64,000 nt of DNA from Octopus vulgaris (GCA_951406725.2 OX597822.1:77624001-77688000), one strand, 5' to 3'; positions 1 through 15,901 are shown, counted from the first letter of the stretch. Translations and numbers: made by a program. Notes: generated by a model not told the origin, from the letters alone.

Positions 1-779
1 GCCAGACACAAAATATTTTAACGATTTGTTTTTATACAATTCCTAAACATATTAAATTGTTAAGATATTGTAGGATTTTTTTAAACATCGAATGGTCCAC
101 CCGAGCAAAATGGGAATTAAAGCGGGCCCATAGGTTAAAAATGGTTGAGAACCCGTTGTTATAAAGGAAAACTGTATAGAAATCCATCGGATGGATTGTA
201 CCCGTAACACAAAAACCCCAAACTTGTAACACTATCACGCTGGTTCCGCCTTAGAATTACGATAAGAGCACGTATGCAATAAGGGTCTGTAATATACTCG
301 GCCACTTACACGGCAAATCAATTAGCCAGGCAGTTCGATTGATCGAACAGCTGAAAACTCGGTGTCTGAAATTCTAACCCAGATCTATTTTATTTTATAT
401 GCTCAATATAGATAGCAAAAATTGATATAAAACAGATATACGAGCATTGGTTTGTAAAAAAAACATACGCGTGTGTGTGAGGAGTATGTGTAGAAAAAGT
501 GTGACAATAACGGCTTGTAAATTGCGTGTACATGTGGTATATGAATATTATGTTTATATGTGAACTGTGTGTGTCTGTGTATATTTACTTGCGCCCTTTT
601 ATCATACACACCAGGCCCTAAAACACCGAGGTATGCATAAACACAGCATGTAGAAACTCTGGCATTCGACGCACATCTTTTACCTGCAACCACAAAAACG
701 CGCACTGTGTTCTTATGTATACATGTGCGTGCGTGTCACTATCTATGTATCTATCTGTCTGTCTGTCTCTAAAGAAACA

Positions 780-1190
<411 letters not shown>

Positions 1191-1819
1191 AACCACCCAT
1201 CCAAACATCCATCCATCTACCTAATCTATCCATCTATTCACCCACCCACCCATCTATCTATCTGTCTTTCTGTCTGTTTATATATCTACCATCTAGCTTT
1301 CTGTCTATATTTGTCTCTACCTATATAACGATTTAGGTATTTATCGATTTATATATCTATATCATACAAACACACACGCACGCAAACAATCACACACATA
1401 CATATCCGTCCATCAACACCCATACACATATATATATCCATCCATAAACACACACTCCCGAGAGATGAGGGGTAGGGTTGAAACAATCCTCAGTAGCACT
1501 TCAGCGTCATTATTTCTAAACGTAACATCTATCATTATCTCTAAGACACGGCCATCAACATAGAAAGCGGTGGATTTAGCAGCATCGTTAAAACGTCGTC
1601 GCCAAAGGCCTTGCGGTAGCATTTCGCTGCGACATTTTATGCTCCGAGTTCAAATCCCGCTGAGACTAACCTTACCTTACATCTCTTTGGGATCGATAAA
1701 TTAAAGTAGCAATCATGTAGTTGGTCAATTTAATATACCTGTAAGGTATCCAACAGGTGAATGGAAGAACGACAGAAGACTAAAACCAAAGCTAACATCA
1801 TATATAACTAGAGACGTGG

Positions 1820-2680
1820 TCCCGGAAAATGCTAGAAATAACGGCCAAATTTCCTTCAAATCACACTTGCGTTCTTCAAAAATTGTAGGGCACATTGGCT
1901 AATGTAGTCTTTTGGTATATTGAATAAAAGAGACGGCATGGTTGGAACGTCTTGATTACAGGTCTACTCGATCATCACCAACTTGGGGATAAATAACCAG
2001 AATTGTTGATAACGGCTTTTCGAGGGTGCCTCTGCGTAGCCGCCCGACCTGCTAGAACTAGCAACTAAATCTCCCTTAAATTACACCTTACTGTCTTGAA
2101 AAGTAAGCGGGAAGACACATTAGATAACGTACTCCTAGATACCCTAGGACGTGATGCTCAGGGCTGACATGGGTCTTGAAAACAGTATCCCCACTACCAA
2201 CAGCATTAGCTGCACAAACCCAGAAAAAAGTCTCTGCGTAGTCACTCCACGTGCTAGAAGTAGCAGTCAAAATCACCCTTAAATTCCTCTTCGAGTATTG
2301 CAGTGTTAAAAATAGAAAGAACACGTTGGAAAATGTGGTTTTAGGCTTCTTGTATTTACAGTAATACGGGATGGTCTCTATTGACATAGATGTGCTCGGG
2401 GGCTAAAGAACAACAGTAACAGCAAAAACAGCGCAGGTTTTCGAACAGATTCACTCTGCGCGGTCGCTTTCACCTTCTGGAAATGTGTTGCAACCGTATT
2501 TCCTTTTAGATCATGCATATTCTACCTGCCGTCTTCAAAATTATATCTAAGGCTACTCTGGATAAATGTAACTACACTCAAGTTACCTGGGGAAAATAAA
2601 TGAAAGAAAGAAAGAAAAATTGAATGGTCCTCACTAGAATGCTTTTGATCACAAACAGGGCCGACACACCTGGGTTACAA
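1820..2680. repeat. Old degenerate tandem repeat, ~210-bp period, ~4 copies
   Basis: TGCTAGAA.TA.C.GC.AAAT.TCCCT.AAAT.ACAC-like block at ~1830, 2050 and 2252, weaker at ~2475. Confidence 0.6.
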
Positions 2681-3871
2681 ATAATAATTGTTTTGTTTTT
2701 TTTTTTTTGTTTTTCAATTTTCAAAACCGACCAGCGCAGTGTCACCCCACAAGACTAGCACTCTGGTCACAACATCCCAGCCGAGCCCCCCATCGCCTCC
2801 ACTTTCAATGCAAATATAGAAAATCCATCACCATCATAACAACATTGTTAACCTGAAACTTTAAAATAAAACCAGGTACTTACATCAGTGAGACTCCCTG
2901 CTAGCCTGTTTATGTATGCATAATGCATATATATACACATACACACATAAATATATATATATGCATGCATACACACACTCCAGCTGTATTCCTTTCAGGT
3001 ATTTCAAATGCAGGTATATATGTGCATATATATATATTATGCATATAAATATATATGTAATTTTTTAATCCACTAGTTTTTCTCAACCGTCTTCGAGAGG
3101 TGTTTTGTGCGTGTGTTTGTATAGAGTTATGTATGTATGTGTTAAGATATTCACGAATGCGTCAGAGCGCGCGTGTATTTTCTCGCGTGCATACCACGTA
3201 CATACGACGACAACGACCTGGCGGTGTGTCTCGCAATTTAGCTTGTGTTCGGTTTTTCTTTCTGTCTATTTATTTGTATATATACATACATATATATATA
3301 TACATGCGTGCGTGTGCATGTGTGTGCGCGCGCGGGTGCGTGCGTGCGTGCGTGTGTATACTGGTATGTTTGCGTATAAACGTGTGTGTTTGTGTATTTG
3401 TATGAGACCTGCGTGCATGCGTGCGTGTATATATATATATATATATTTGTGTGTGTTTGTCTGGGAACCTATATGACTGTGTATATATATATATATATAT
3501 ATATTTATATTAAATGCGAGAAACAAGACGTGTGCGCGCGTATGTGTATGTGTGTTTACTCAGCTCAGTATATCGATATGCGTGTGTTTTGAGTTTTTAA
3601 TATCGTGGTGTGTCTGTATGTGAGGCGGGGTGTCTATGTATGAATGAGAAAAAGACAAAAAAGAGGAGTACATATGTGTATGTGACTTCACGGCAAATAT
3701 GAAAAAGAGAGTGTGGTTGATGTGCTGGCGTATGCGTGTGTATTTAAGTATCTGTATATATGAGTATTTGCAAGTGACAGAAAAATGTGTGCGTGCGCGT
3801 GTGCACGTGTGTGTGTACGTGTACGAGAGCACTGATGTTAGTGGAAGATTATGAGTTTATGAGCTGTTCTC

Positions 3872-3918
<47 letters not shown>

Positions 3919-3988
3919 CTACCTATCTGTCTGTTCATATATATATATCAATCTTTCTATCGCTACTTAACTCTTTCATTCTCTCTTT

Positions 3989-4019
<31 letters not shown>

Positions 4020-4064
4020 GCCTGTCTATATATTTATCAATCTATCTATATCTGCCTATCTTTA

Positions 4065-4108
<44 letters not shown>

Positions 4109-4116
4109 TCTATCTG

Positions 4117-4199
<83 letters not shown>

Positions 4200-4252
4200 G
4201 CCTGTCTATTTATCAATCTATCTATTTCTGCCTATCTTTATCTATCTATCTA

Positions 4253-4336
<84 letters not shown>

Positions 4337-4842
4337 CCACTAGTTTCGTGCGACTGGTGAAAGTGAAACCAACTTGTGCATACAAGCCCCAATTTGTGTC
4401 TGCATATATATATATATATATAAGTAAAATACACTTTCTTTGTATGTTTCTATGAATGAATGTCAATGTAAGAGTTTATACATCCCGTCAATGTATGCGT
4501 ATGTTTGCGCGTGTATGTGTGTGTGTGTGTGATCGCTCGAGTACATGCATCTATCTCTGTGTCTGCGCGCGCGAAAAGATGTGCGTGCTTATGTATGTAT
4601 AAATGTATGTATGTGTGTATGCATGCATGCATGCATATGTCTGTTTATCGCTCTTTCCCCGTTTTTTATTTATATTTACGTTGCTCTCTGTGTAATATAT
4701 CTGTCTTTGTATACGTTTGCATGTGTGCGTGTGAGGCAATCTGACAGTCTGTCTGTTTGAAAGGAATAGAGTTAAACAGACAAGTCGTCTGTCTAACTAA
4801 CCCCCCCTTTCTTTCCCTTAACCCCCCCTTACTTACTGCTCA

Positions 4843-4884
<42 letters not shown>

Positions 4885-5079
4885 CTCTCTCTCGCTGGCT
4901 CTCTCTGTTCCTTGTATACTGTTGACTTTCGTCTTTGATACTTTCTCGTTCTTTCTTAGATAACCATTTCCTTTGCTCTCACTTTTACTCAACTCATCTT
5001 CAATGATCTCTCTTTTTCCTTCTCTATTTTTGTTCTTACCCTCTTTTTTCTCTCCTTCTCATTCTCGATTGAACTATAA

Positions 5080-5166
<87 letters not shown>

Positions 5167-5259
5167 CCTACCTACCTACCTACCTACCTATCTATCTATT
5201 TACCTACCTACCTACCTACCTATCTACCTACCTATCTACCTATCTACCTACCTACCTAC

Positions 5260-5318
<59 letters not shown>

Positions 5319-8300
5319 CCTACCTACCTACCTACCTACATATCTATCTATCTATCTATTATTTAAACAGGCCCCTTCTCTGTTTCCTTCACCCTTTCTT
5401 TTCTCTCTCTCCATTCCTCTCAGACTTTCCACTTGCTGTTATCTCCGACCCCTTTTCGTATCTTACTCCATCGACGTCTTTTAATTCAAAAATCTTCAAA
5501 CAATTGTTTATCGAGTCTATCTTCTCATTAACGGACACGCATGCCATTTTCCACACCAAATATCGAACGAACTATCACAGCACCGCTTCTACTTTATCTC
5601 AGACCTATTTGCACCACATCCAGACCAAAAACAACCCCCACCTCACCCTCTCTCATTCTCTCCCCCCTCTGTCTCCACCCAGCTTCATGTACCCCTTCTG
5701 TCACCTATTGCCTGTCATTGTGGCAATCGATGAGGATACTTAGGGTGACTGGCGTTAACGGTCGTATAGTGATGATGATGGTGGTGGTGTTGAAGATGAT
5801 GATCGTCGTCGCCGTGGTAATGGTGTGGCTCAGGTGTTAGTGCAAAAGTGTTGAAAATTATGATACCGATTATGATGATGATGTTGGAGGAGGAAGAGGT
5901 GGTGGTGGTGATGGTGGATGTAGAAAAATGGTGATGTTAGTTAAACTACTGTTTGTGTTGCTAGTGACAGTGATACTATCGCTGATGATAATGATGATGG
6001 TGGTGGAGGTGGTGGTGGCATTAGGAGTGGGGCATGGTCAGCAAGTTCTCTGTATTTCCTGACAAGGTGTGAGAGACTAAAACTGATGTACATAGGTGTG
6101 TATATATCATCATCATATTCGTCGTCGTCGTCGTCATTATCATCATCACCATTATTATCATTTAACGCCTATTTTCCATAATGAGATAAACTGGATGGTT
6201 TGACTGGAGCTGGCTAGGCAGAAGAACAGCACCAGGCTTCACTGTCGGTTTTGGCATGGTTTTTACAGCTGGATGCCCTTCCTAACACCAGCCACCTTAC
6301 AGAGTGGAATAAGTGGACTTTTTACCTGGCACCGGCACCAGTGAGGTCTACTTTGGCATGGTTTTTGCAACTGGATGCTCTTCCTAACACCAACCACTGT
6401 GGACATTTTACCTGGCACCATCACCAGTGAGGTCTGCTTTGACATGATTTCTGCAACTGGATGCTCTTCCTAACACCAGCCACCATGGATTTTTTACCTG
6501 GCACCAGCACCAGTGAGGTCTGCTTTGGCATGGCATTTATAGCTGGATGCCCTTCTAAATGCCAACCACTTTACAGTGTGGACTTGATGCTTTTTTGTGG
6601 CACCAGCACAGGTGCAATCACCAAGTAACTCACAAAACTCACTTATATAATCCAATACTCACTTATAAGGTGGTTGGCATATTAGGAAGGGCATCCAACC
6701 AAAGCTGACATTGGGGCTTCACCTAGCTCTGTGGCTTATTAGATCCTGTCAAACTGTCCAACCCATGCCAGCATGGAAAGCAAATATTGAGGATGATGAT
6801 GATGGTGTTTCCATCTTCAATTATTTGAATTCTTCATTTCCTTGTAGTTTTTTCATGTATTCTTTCATGTTTCAACACCTGTTTTTGTCCCCTAATTTTC
6901 AGCAGCTTTTTTTTTTCTGTGTGTGTATTTGTATTTTTGTGTTTTTAAAACACCCAGCACAATAATCTACAATTGTTTTACAGTACATTCTGTAAAATGG
7001 TTGATGTCAGGAAAGGGCAACAAACCTTGGAAGCCATGCCTAAGCAGAGAGTAGAACTTTGGCACAGTCCTCTGGCTTGCCAGTCCCTTTCAAACTGTCC
7101 AACCCATGTTAGATGGTAATAATGATGATGATGATGAAGCTTTACCCCTTGCCTATCACACTAGTCCTCATTCTGTATCTAATATCTAATTTTGCTACGT
7201 TTTCTACCCCACCTATCCTCCCCCTCTATGTGTATATATATCTACATATATATCTCTGGATAGCCTTGTTACTTATTTTGATTTTAATCACCTTACTTTG
7301 AAATTGTATGGATAATACCATACTAAATTCTAATGCCTCAACTTAAGTACCATATTCATATGAATCTAAATTTTTGCTGAACTCATCTACCATACCCAAA
7401 GTATATATATCTACATATATTTTATTCAAACTGCTGTTCTGTTTATCAACATCTTGTATCAGAGATTCATATCCACCCCTTAAAAATCCATCCCCCACTT
7501 CTTACTTTTTATCACTCTTTCACATTTTACATCTCTCATTTTCTTTTTTTTTGTTTTTTTTTTCTTTCACAAACTCTTTCCCTCTCTTTTCCCCTGGGTG
7601 TTCATTTACCCTTGTTTTTTATATCTTTTATCATATATTTTGAATTATTTCCTCGTTTTATCTCCACTGCTGCCTTGCTTCGTTTGTGTTTCCTAAATTC
7701 TAAAATGGTTCTTGACTAGAATTTTTTCTTGGCAGCAGATATTTTTACAGTTGCCCTACACCAATGCAGAAGGCTTCATTTTCTTCAGTTTTGCTTTACT
7801 CGGATCCAATGTTTATGTTGTTCTTCATCAGGAATGGCTGTGTGGTTAAGAAGCTTGCTTTGCGACCACATGGTTTCAGGTTCACTCCCACTGGGCAGCA
7901 TCCTGAGCAAATGTCTTCTGCTATTGCCCCAGACCAACCAGTGCCTTGTGAGTGGATTTGATAAACGGAAACTGTGCAGAAGCCTACCATGTTTGTGTCT
8001 GTTCTTTTATTCTTATACATATTTCTGTCATTTGACTGTGGCCATGCTGGAGCACCACTTTGAAAAGTTCTAGTCAAAGAAATCGACCCTGTTCTTATTC
8101 TTTGCAAGCCTAGTAGTTATTCTGTCAGTCACTTTTACTGAACTGCTAAGTTATGGGGGACGTAAACACACCACCATCAGTTGTCAAGCAATGGTGTGGG
8201 CACAAACACAGATACACACACACACCCATAAATATATACATACATTCATACATACATATATATATATATGTGTAGAATTATGAGTGTCTATGCACACATT

Positions 8301-8356
8301 TTTATATTTTATATTTTTATATTTATATGTAAATTTTTTCCACACTTATATTAAAT

Positions 8357-8467
8357 TCTCTGAAGAGGCCGTGAGACATCCTTGTTAATGTCTCATTTAT
8401 ACCTGCTTTATATGGCTAATAGGTTAAATGAGACATACTTGTCCTCACGGCTGAAACAGCTGTCAGA
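8357..8467 (+). ncRNA. Type I hammerhead motif with extended, branched stem II
   Basis: TCT-CTGAAGA-GGCCGTGAG...CTCACGGCT-GAAA-C(AGCT)GTC-AGA; internal hairpin ATGTCTCATTTA/TAAATGAGACAT. Confidence 0.72.
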
Positions 8468-10039
8468 TATGATGTAATTGTATTTTATATTTCTATTTCC
8501 ATGTCTAGTTATATTTACAATATATTATGTATAATGTCTTTGCTGTTATGTAATGGTGTAATAAAGTATTGATTGGGTATTATCTGATGGTTGATGATTG
8601 ATTGATTTAAGTATGTTTCTCCATTTTCTCATTTTGTATATATATATATATATATATATGATGGGCTTCTTTCAGTTTCCATCTGCCAAATCCACTCACA
8701 AGGCTTTGGTCAGTCTGAGGCTATAGCAGAAGACACTTGCCCAAGGTGCCACACAGTGGGACTGAACCCACAACTATACGTATATGTGTGTGTAAATGTG
8801 GGTTTTTGTCTCCCCCACCCACACCTACACCACTTGACAACTGGTATTGGCTTGTCTGCATTCCCATAACTTAGCAGTTTGACAGAAGAGACTGACAGTA
8901 TGTTCTAGGCTTGATCTGTTCAGTGAAATGCTTCCAGATGGCATTTCAACATGGCCGCAGCTAAATGACTGAAACAGATAAAACAAAAGATTAAGATAAT
9001 GGTCAACTGTATTTACATTATTTTACATTTGACGAAATGCTGTTAAGACAACGTTTCAGCTGATATACCCTCCAGCCTTCATCAGGTGTCTTGGGGAAAT
9101 TTTGAATCTGGGTTCTGATTCCAACCATAGAAACAATGCCGAAACAGATAATTGGAGCCTGGTGCTGCTCTCCAGTTTTCTAGCTCCTATGAAACTGTCC
9201 AACCCATGCCAGCATGGAAAATGGATGTTAAATGATGATGATGATGATGGGCAGGAGCAGGGAGCAATAGGAAAGGTTACGAAAGAAGGTTACCTAGTGA
9301 GGTCTGACTCTGCCATCCCTTAGCTCTATTTTAACGATGCAGATATTAAACACTACAAGATAAGTGTAGTTGAAATACATGATTTATTCATGGTAATAAT
9401 TACAGCAGAATGGAATAGAATTCTATGAGCTATTTTAAATGAGTCTCAATGGATTGCAAAAGCTAATAATATTTAAAAGAGGGGATTTCTGTTTGAATAA
9501 ATCTGAAGACAAGAACCAAATCATTTCAAATAGTTTTAACTCAAAAACGAAAAAAATATTGTGTTGGCATACATAATTTCACACAATATGATAGAATACA
9601 CGAGGTTATGAATTACAGAACAGAAATGTTTGTACGTGGAGTGAATGTATCTTCCGCTAAGCCAGTGATAATGCCATTTCTTCAGAATCTTTGTTTACAT
9701 AATATAACAAAAATGTAAACAAGTTGATGATAATGTCAAATGATGCAAAACATATATGACGGTGATGAAATAGAAATTAACAGCAAAGCTATGAAAAACA
9801 AAAACTAAATACAATCACTTTACTAATGAAACTGTCAGAGAGGGTTATATAATAACATAATTGTAATGTCTTTGAATTGACGTCTGGAAATGTCTCCTCT
9901 GTTGTCCTTCTTTGGTGAATTACTTCACAAGCTTGTTGCTGTCTGATCTGAAAAGAAGCTGTTGTTTCAAAGAAGCCTCTTTTACTCGTGTCAATCAGCT
10001 GGAAATCTACTGGTTTGGGTAAAGGTTAATTTTAAGAAT

Positions 10040-10277
10040 ACTCTTTTACTCGTTTCAGTCATTTGACTGTGGCCATGCTGGAGCACCACCTTTTAGTCGA
10101 GCAAATCAACCCTAGGACTTATTCTTTGTAAGCCTAGTACTTATTCTATCTGTCTCTTTTGCCAAACCGCTAAGTTACAGGGACGTAAACACACCACCAT
10201 CGGTTGTCAAGCGATGTTGGGGGAACAAACACAAACACATAAACACACACACACATACATACATACATATATATATG

Positions 10278-10323
<46 letters not shown>

Positions 10324-10468
10324 ACGGGCTTCTTTCAGTTTCTGTCTACCAAATCCACGCACAAGGCTTTGGTTGGCCCAAAGTAGAAGACACTTGCCCA
10401 AGGTGCTACGCTGTGGGAATGAACCCAGAACCATGTGGTTGATAAGCAAGCTACTTACGACACAGCCA
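10040..10468 (-). mobile_element. CORE-type SINE, full length
   Basis: Reverse complement of the same consensus. Other full or partial copies: ~7833-7985(+), 8020-8770(-), 10650-11080(-), 12717-13005(+), 31515-31740(+), 32930-33100(-), 37040-37800(-), 38025-38390(-, two heads), 44710-45010(+), 45060-45270(-), 51850-52120(+), 52135-52460(-), 59560-59710(+). Confidence 0.85.
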
Positions 10469-10847
10469 CGTCTGAATGAGTATTTTAAGGCATTGAGTAC
10501 CCAACTTTTAATCACCAGCAATTTGTCGGAATGGTAATAGGTGTTAAGAGAAAGAATTGGTGATGGTAGTCTGTTGTATTGCCTGAAAGCTGACCTCAGG
10601 GAAATGGTTGGACAACTATCATCCTTAAAACCACACGGCGCCTTTCATCTTTTACTTGTTTCATTCATTGGGCTACGGCCATGCTGGGGCACCACCTTGA
10701 AGGTTTCAGTTAGTCAGATTGGCCCCAATACTTATTTTTAAGTCTGGTACTTTTTCTTTCATTCTCCTTTATTGAATGGCTAAATTACAGGAAGATGAAT
10801 GAACCAGCACTGGTTGTCAAAATAGTTGGCGGGGGATAAAAACAGGC

Positions 10848-10878
<31 letters not shown>

Positions 10879-11939
10879 ACATATATAAAGTGATAGATAG
10901 ACAGATACACACACACACAACATATATATATATGTGTGTGTGTGAGATGGGCTTCCACACAATATCCATTGACCAAATTCACAAGACATTTGTGAACTTG
11001 GGGCTAAAATAGAAGATACTTGCCATGCAGTGGGACTGAACCCAAAACCATGTGGTTGCAAAGCAAGCTTCTCAATCACTCCCCACCCCACACACACAGA
11101 CACAACACATGTCTGTTTCCCACTCACCCTGTACATACAAACACTCATTTTCTTCCCACTCCCCTTTCTCCTCTCCCTCTTCCTCATCTCCCTCTCCCCT
11201 CTCTCTCTCTCCTCTCCCTCCTCTCCCCCTCTCTCCCCTCACCCTCCTTCTCTCTCCCCTTCTCTCCTCTCCCTCCTTCTCTCCCCCCTTCTCTCCCCTT
11301 CCTACTTTGGATACAAATTATAAAATAAATAAACAAACACAATGATTCCAAGTCCTTGCTTTGCAACACGCCCCCCCTCTCCACTGCCTCATCCCATAAA
11401 CTAAATCATTTTTACAAAAAAAGCAAAAAGAAAAAAAAAGACATCAAATTCTTCAACTCCACATAATCACTGTCTCCACGCACGCATTCACCCATTTCTC
11501 ACCAGAAATTCTTCACCTCCTAACACTGCTACCCTGATCTCCAAAACAACAAAACCAGAAATCTTTCCGCACCAATGAATCTCATTTTCACTAAAAGACA
11601 TTCATGCCTCTTTAATTACCATTCTGCCACCGCAGACGTTCACACAATACCCCAATGACTGACAAACTGCAGCTATTCACTTTTTTCCATTTATTTACTT
11701 TTACTAATCTCAAAAAAAAATGACACAGACAGTTCTTCTGTGCACGTAGAATAAGCCTGTCACATAGGTAAAATATTGATTAATTGAGATTATCCTTGTA
11801 ATTTGGTGATAAATCTCCACTAAAGTTGTGTTCTTGTGTAGTCATTTCAATAAGCAAATACTACTGCCTTGTTTTGGTTATTGAGTATGTCACCTTACAT
11901 AGTGGTACTCTCAGTTTTTTAAAAGAGTATTTCATTGGG

Positions 11940-12716
11940 TGACACACTGTGCTTGAGGAGACTTATTGAGTCAAGTAAAATCAAAATCGCAATCAGAATC
12001 TCAATCAAATTGAAATAAAAAATGGAAATTGTAGTCGTGGCCGATGCCAGTGCCACCTGACTGCCTCCCCGTGCTGGTGGCACGCAATAAGCACCATTCA
12101 TGCATAGGTCGATGCCAATCCTGCCTGACTGGCTACTCATACCTGTGGCAAGCAATAAGCACAATTCATGTGTGGGTTGATGCCAGTGCCACCTGACTGG
12201 CTCCCATGCTGGTGGCATGCAATAAGCACCATTCATGCATGGGTCGATGCCAGAGCTGCCTGACTGGCCCCCATGCTGGTGGCATGCAATAAGAAGATTC
12301 ATGCATGGGTCGATGCCAGTGCCGCCTGACTGGCTCCCATGCTGGTGGCATGCAGTAGGAACCATTCATGTGTGGGTTGTTGCCAGTGCTGCCTGGCTGG
12401 CTCCCCATGCCGAAAGGCATGTAAAAAGCACCATCCAAATGTGGTAAATGCCAGCCCTCCCTTCCCCCCACCCCAACTGGCTCCTGTGCCAGTGACAGGT
12501 AAAAAGCACCATCCGAATGTGGCCGATGCCAGTGCCGCCTGACTGGCTCACAGATGGTGGCATGTAAAAAGCATCTACTACACTCTCGGAGTGGTGGGCA
12601 TTAGGAAGGGCATCCAGCTGTAGATTGGAGCTTTGGTGCAGCCTCCTGCCTTACCAGTCCTCAGTTAAACCGTCCAACTCAGGCCAGCATGGAAAATGGA
12701 CATTAAATGATGATGA
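11940..12716 (+). mobile_element. RTE 3'-UTR fragment with internal ~58-bp tandem expansion
   Basis: Repeats of GATGCCAGTGCCNCCTGACTGGCTCCC...GGTGGCATGCA..AAGCACCAT, then the RTE tail. Other tail copies: ~6105-6610(-), 6670-6805(+), 7000-7135(+), 9120-9250(+), 35930-36300(-), 40440-40660(-), 52690-53040(-). Confidence 0.8.
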
Positions 12717-14477
12717 CTAAAGCCTTGTGAGTGGATTTGGTTGATGGAATCTGAAAGAAAACCCATCATATATATGTATGTGTGTGTGTGTATGCGTGTG
12801 CATATTTGTGGGTCTGTGTTTGTCCCCCCAACATTGCTTGACAACTGATACTAGTGCGTTTATATTCCTGTAACTTAGTGGTTTGGCAAAAGAAACCGAT
12901 AGAATAAGTACTAGGCTTACAAAGAATAAGTCCTGGGGTCGATTTGCTCGACTAAAGGTAGTGCTCCAGCATGGCCACAGTCAAATGACCGAAACAAGTA
13001 AAAGAATCCTTCTGAGTTTGTCATAGGTTAGCCTATACGTTGTTAAATTTCCTTTAGAAATTCTCCCTGAGGATATACACATTTCTCTGGTTTCGTATAT
13101 AGAATTTTATTTCTGAAATTAAAGAATTGTGTATGGAAACTGCTTCAGGTAGGAATCATCTGTATGTAAATTTTTTTCCATTACCTTCATTTTCTTATTT
13201 CAAAGTTATATATATATCTCATTACCCTGTCTAGCTCAAACATTTTTTTCGTTTAGACTTGTCTCCAGGTTCATAGCCACTCTGATTTTTCAATTTTTCA
13301 ATTTTTCGTTTAGTATTGTCTCCCGATTCATACTAACCCATTTGCTAGCTCACGATTAACAGAACCTCTTTACTCAGCTACGGTGTTATATTAGCTATCA
13401 ATAATGATATTCCCTCTGATTTTTCTGATTTTCAAACCTATTTATCTAATGTTTATTTATCGACAATGCCGTCCCCAGTCAAATTCCCTCACACCGCTTA
13501 TTGTCACGTGTCCCTTGACCTCTCTCTCTAACTAACCCTATCTCTCTCTCGCTATGTTCCCCCCTTCCCATAACCATCATCGCCATGGTCCTCTATGCCC
13601 CCCCCCCCACTCCCCAAAACCATCATCGCCATACATAAAAGAGCGATCGCATTTATCGTTAACCCCACTCGCTTCAAAATATTGAAAGAATACGCACAGA
13701 TCATGAATGGCTAAAAGTTAAGTGAATCGTCCAACCTCGCTACGACTACCTTCTTTCTTGCACTTATCCTTATTCTGTCTCTATTCTTCAATTTCCATCT
13801 CATTGTATTGTCACTCATTCTTTCAGTATTCCCTCATTACCCTGTCTAGCTCAAACATTTTTTTCGTTTAGACTTGTCTCCAGGTTCATAGCCACTCTGA
13901 TTTTTCAATTTTTCGTTTAGTATTGTCTCCCGATTCATACAAACCCATTTGCTAGCTCACGATTAACAGAACCTCTTTACTCAGCTACGGTGTTATATTA
14001 GCTATCAATAATGATATTCCCTCTGATTTTTCTGATTTTCAAACCTATTTATCTAATGTTTATTTATCGACAATGCCGTCCCCAGTCAAATTCCCTCACA
14101 CCGCTTATTGTCACGTGTCCCTTGACCTCTCTCTCTAACTAACCGTATCTCTCTCTCGCTATGTCCCCCCTTCCCATAACCATCATCGCCATGGTCCTCT
14201 ATGCCCCCCCTCCCCAAAACCATCATCGCCATACATAAAAGAGCGATCGCATTTATCGTTAACCCCACTCGCTTCAAAAATTTTGTTCTCGAGTTACTGT
14301 TCATTTGCGTTGTGAGAAAATTGCTGCCTTCATTTAAGAGAGTTCGGATTTGTGCTACTATTGTTTGTGCTAACTGTTTTGAACAGTGCCCGTTGTAAAA
14401 CGGTAATTTTCGCCCTACGGGGCAGAAAATTTGTATTACCTGTATTTTTGTTACCTTCGAGGTAATTTTTTTTTGAA

Positions 14478-15901
14478 ATGGAGTTCGACTTGACGTCGAA
14501 GGATGATTTTCCCGTGATGGGAAAAAGTGAAAATAAGGATAAACAAGTACCCAAACAGTCATTCTCGGCCGCGGTGGGCGGCGCCATGATGGATGTCGAA
14601 TTCAAAATTGAACAATTGTATGAATTCAGGAATCTAGTAAAAGTGGAAGGAGGCGAAATAAGGCTTGTACCGCCGCAGGCAAAAGTACAAGAGATCAAAG
14701 AAAGAATTGTGATTTACAAGGTATATAGCTTCAAAGAAAAGAAGATTATGGATGTGAAGAACGAAATTGTCGAGAAGTGCCTGTCCCCGGTGTGGGACAA
14801 AATTCGTCATGTCGTGAGAGGTGCACGCAGTGCTACGGTCGAGGCGCACTTTGACACGGCAGAGGTGGCGAGAGAGGTGTCGTCGTTGACCCTTAAAAAC
14901 GACGACATCATGCTGCTACCCTCGTACATGGGGAAGCGTACTGCTAAGTTACTAGTAGAAGACATACCCAGAGGGTACGACATCATGTGGGTAGCAGCGG
15001 CAGTCCTGCACAACATTGAACGTGAAATATCAATACTGCAAATGAGAAGGAAAGAGGTGGTACGGTGGAAGGGCCAGACCCTGGAGCTCCTCGTGCAGGC
15101 GGAGAACAAAATCCTAGAAAACCTGCCCGACAGAATCTTTAATGAGGACGGTACGTCCATGAGAGTTTCGGTAGAGGGACGTAGACCCAGATGCTTCAAG
15201 TGTGGAGAGAAGGGTCACGTCCGATCCAATTGTATTAAAAAGAAAAAAACAGAAGAAGCGCCTCCTCAAAGTGTCCCTATCACTGAAGGGGAGGAAACAG
15301 GAAAAAACAACAAAAAGACGAAGACAAGTACGGAAACAAAAACAGACAACACAGAACTAATGGACTACACACAAGTCACTCATAAAAGAAAAAAGAGAAT
15401 ACCCAGGACTCCCCTCCCCAAACAAGGAAAAAAACAGCAAACACAGCAGACACACACATCAAGCAAATCCCCCAACCCTACCCCCATGGCACTGTTTTCA
15501 TTGGAAAACAGTTTGCCAAGCCCCACCCCATAAAACAAGACATAAAAAAGTGCTTACAGAAGAACGAGAGGATAATAGCTTTCGATGAGAAAAATGAAAA
15601 AGTATATAAGTGTTGCAAATTCTCAAGATTTGTACTGTACAGTAGAGCCACAGATGTAAAAGCAACCGCTCGCTTCGCCAAGGTAGGGGAGGACGAGTGG
15701 AAAGAGGAGGTTCTTCAGGAACATCTGAGGAACCGTCTAATAAGAGACGTAACCAAAGAGGTTATGGAGGGCAAACTAATAATAACCCCGGCAACCACAC
15801 CCACCCAGAGCCCAGTGGCAACGCCGGTCAAGAGCCCTGCAGCAGCGGAAGAAGGGGAAGCAGGCAGACTTAAACTGTCATGCTCCCTTTCACAACCGTG
15901 A
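14478..15901 (+). CDS. Tx1-like ORF1 (gag-like, CX2CX4HX4C zinc knuckle); one apparent frameshift near 15480
   Basis: ORF 14478-15533 contains CFKCGEKGHVRSNC. An overlapping open frame (HGTVFIGKQFAKPHPIKQD...SLSQP*) continues to TGA at 15899-15901, just before ORF2. Confidence 0.82.
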
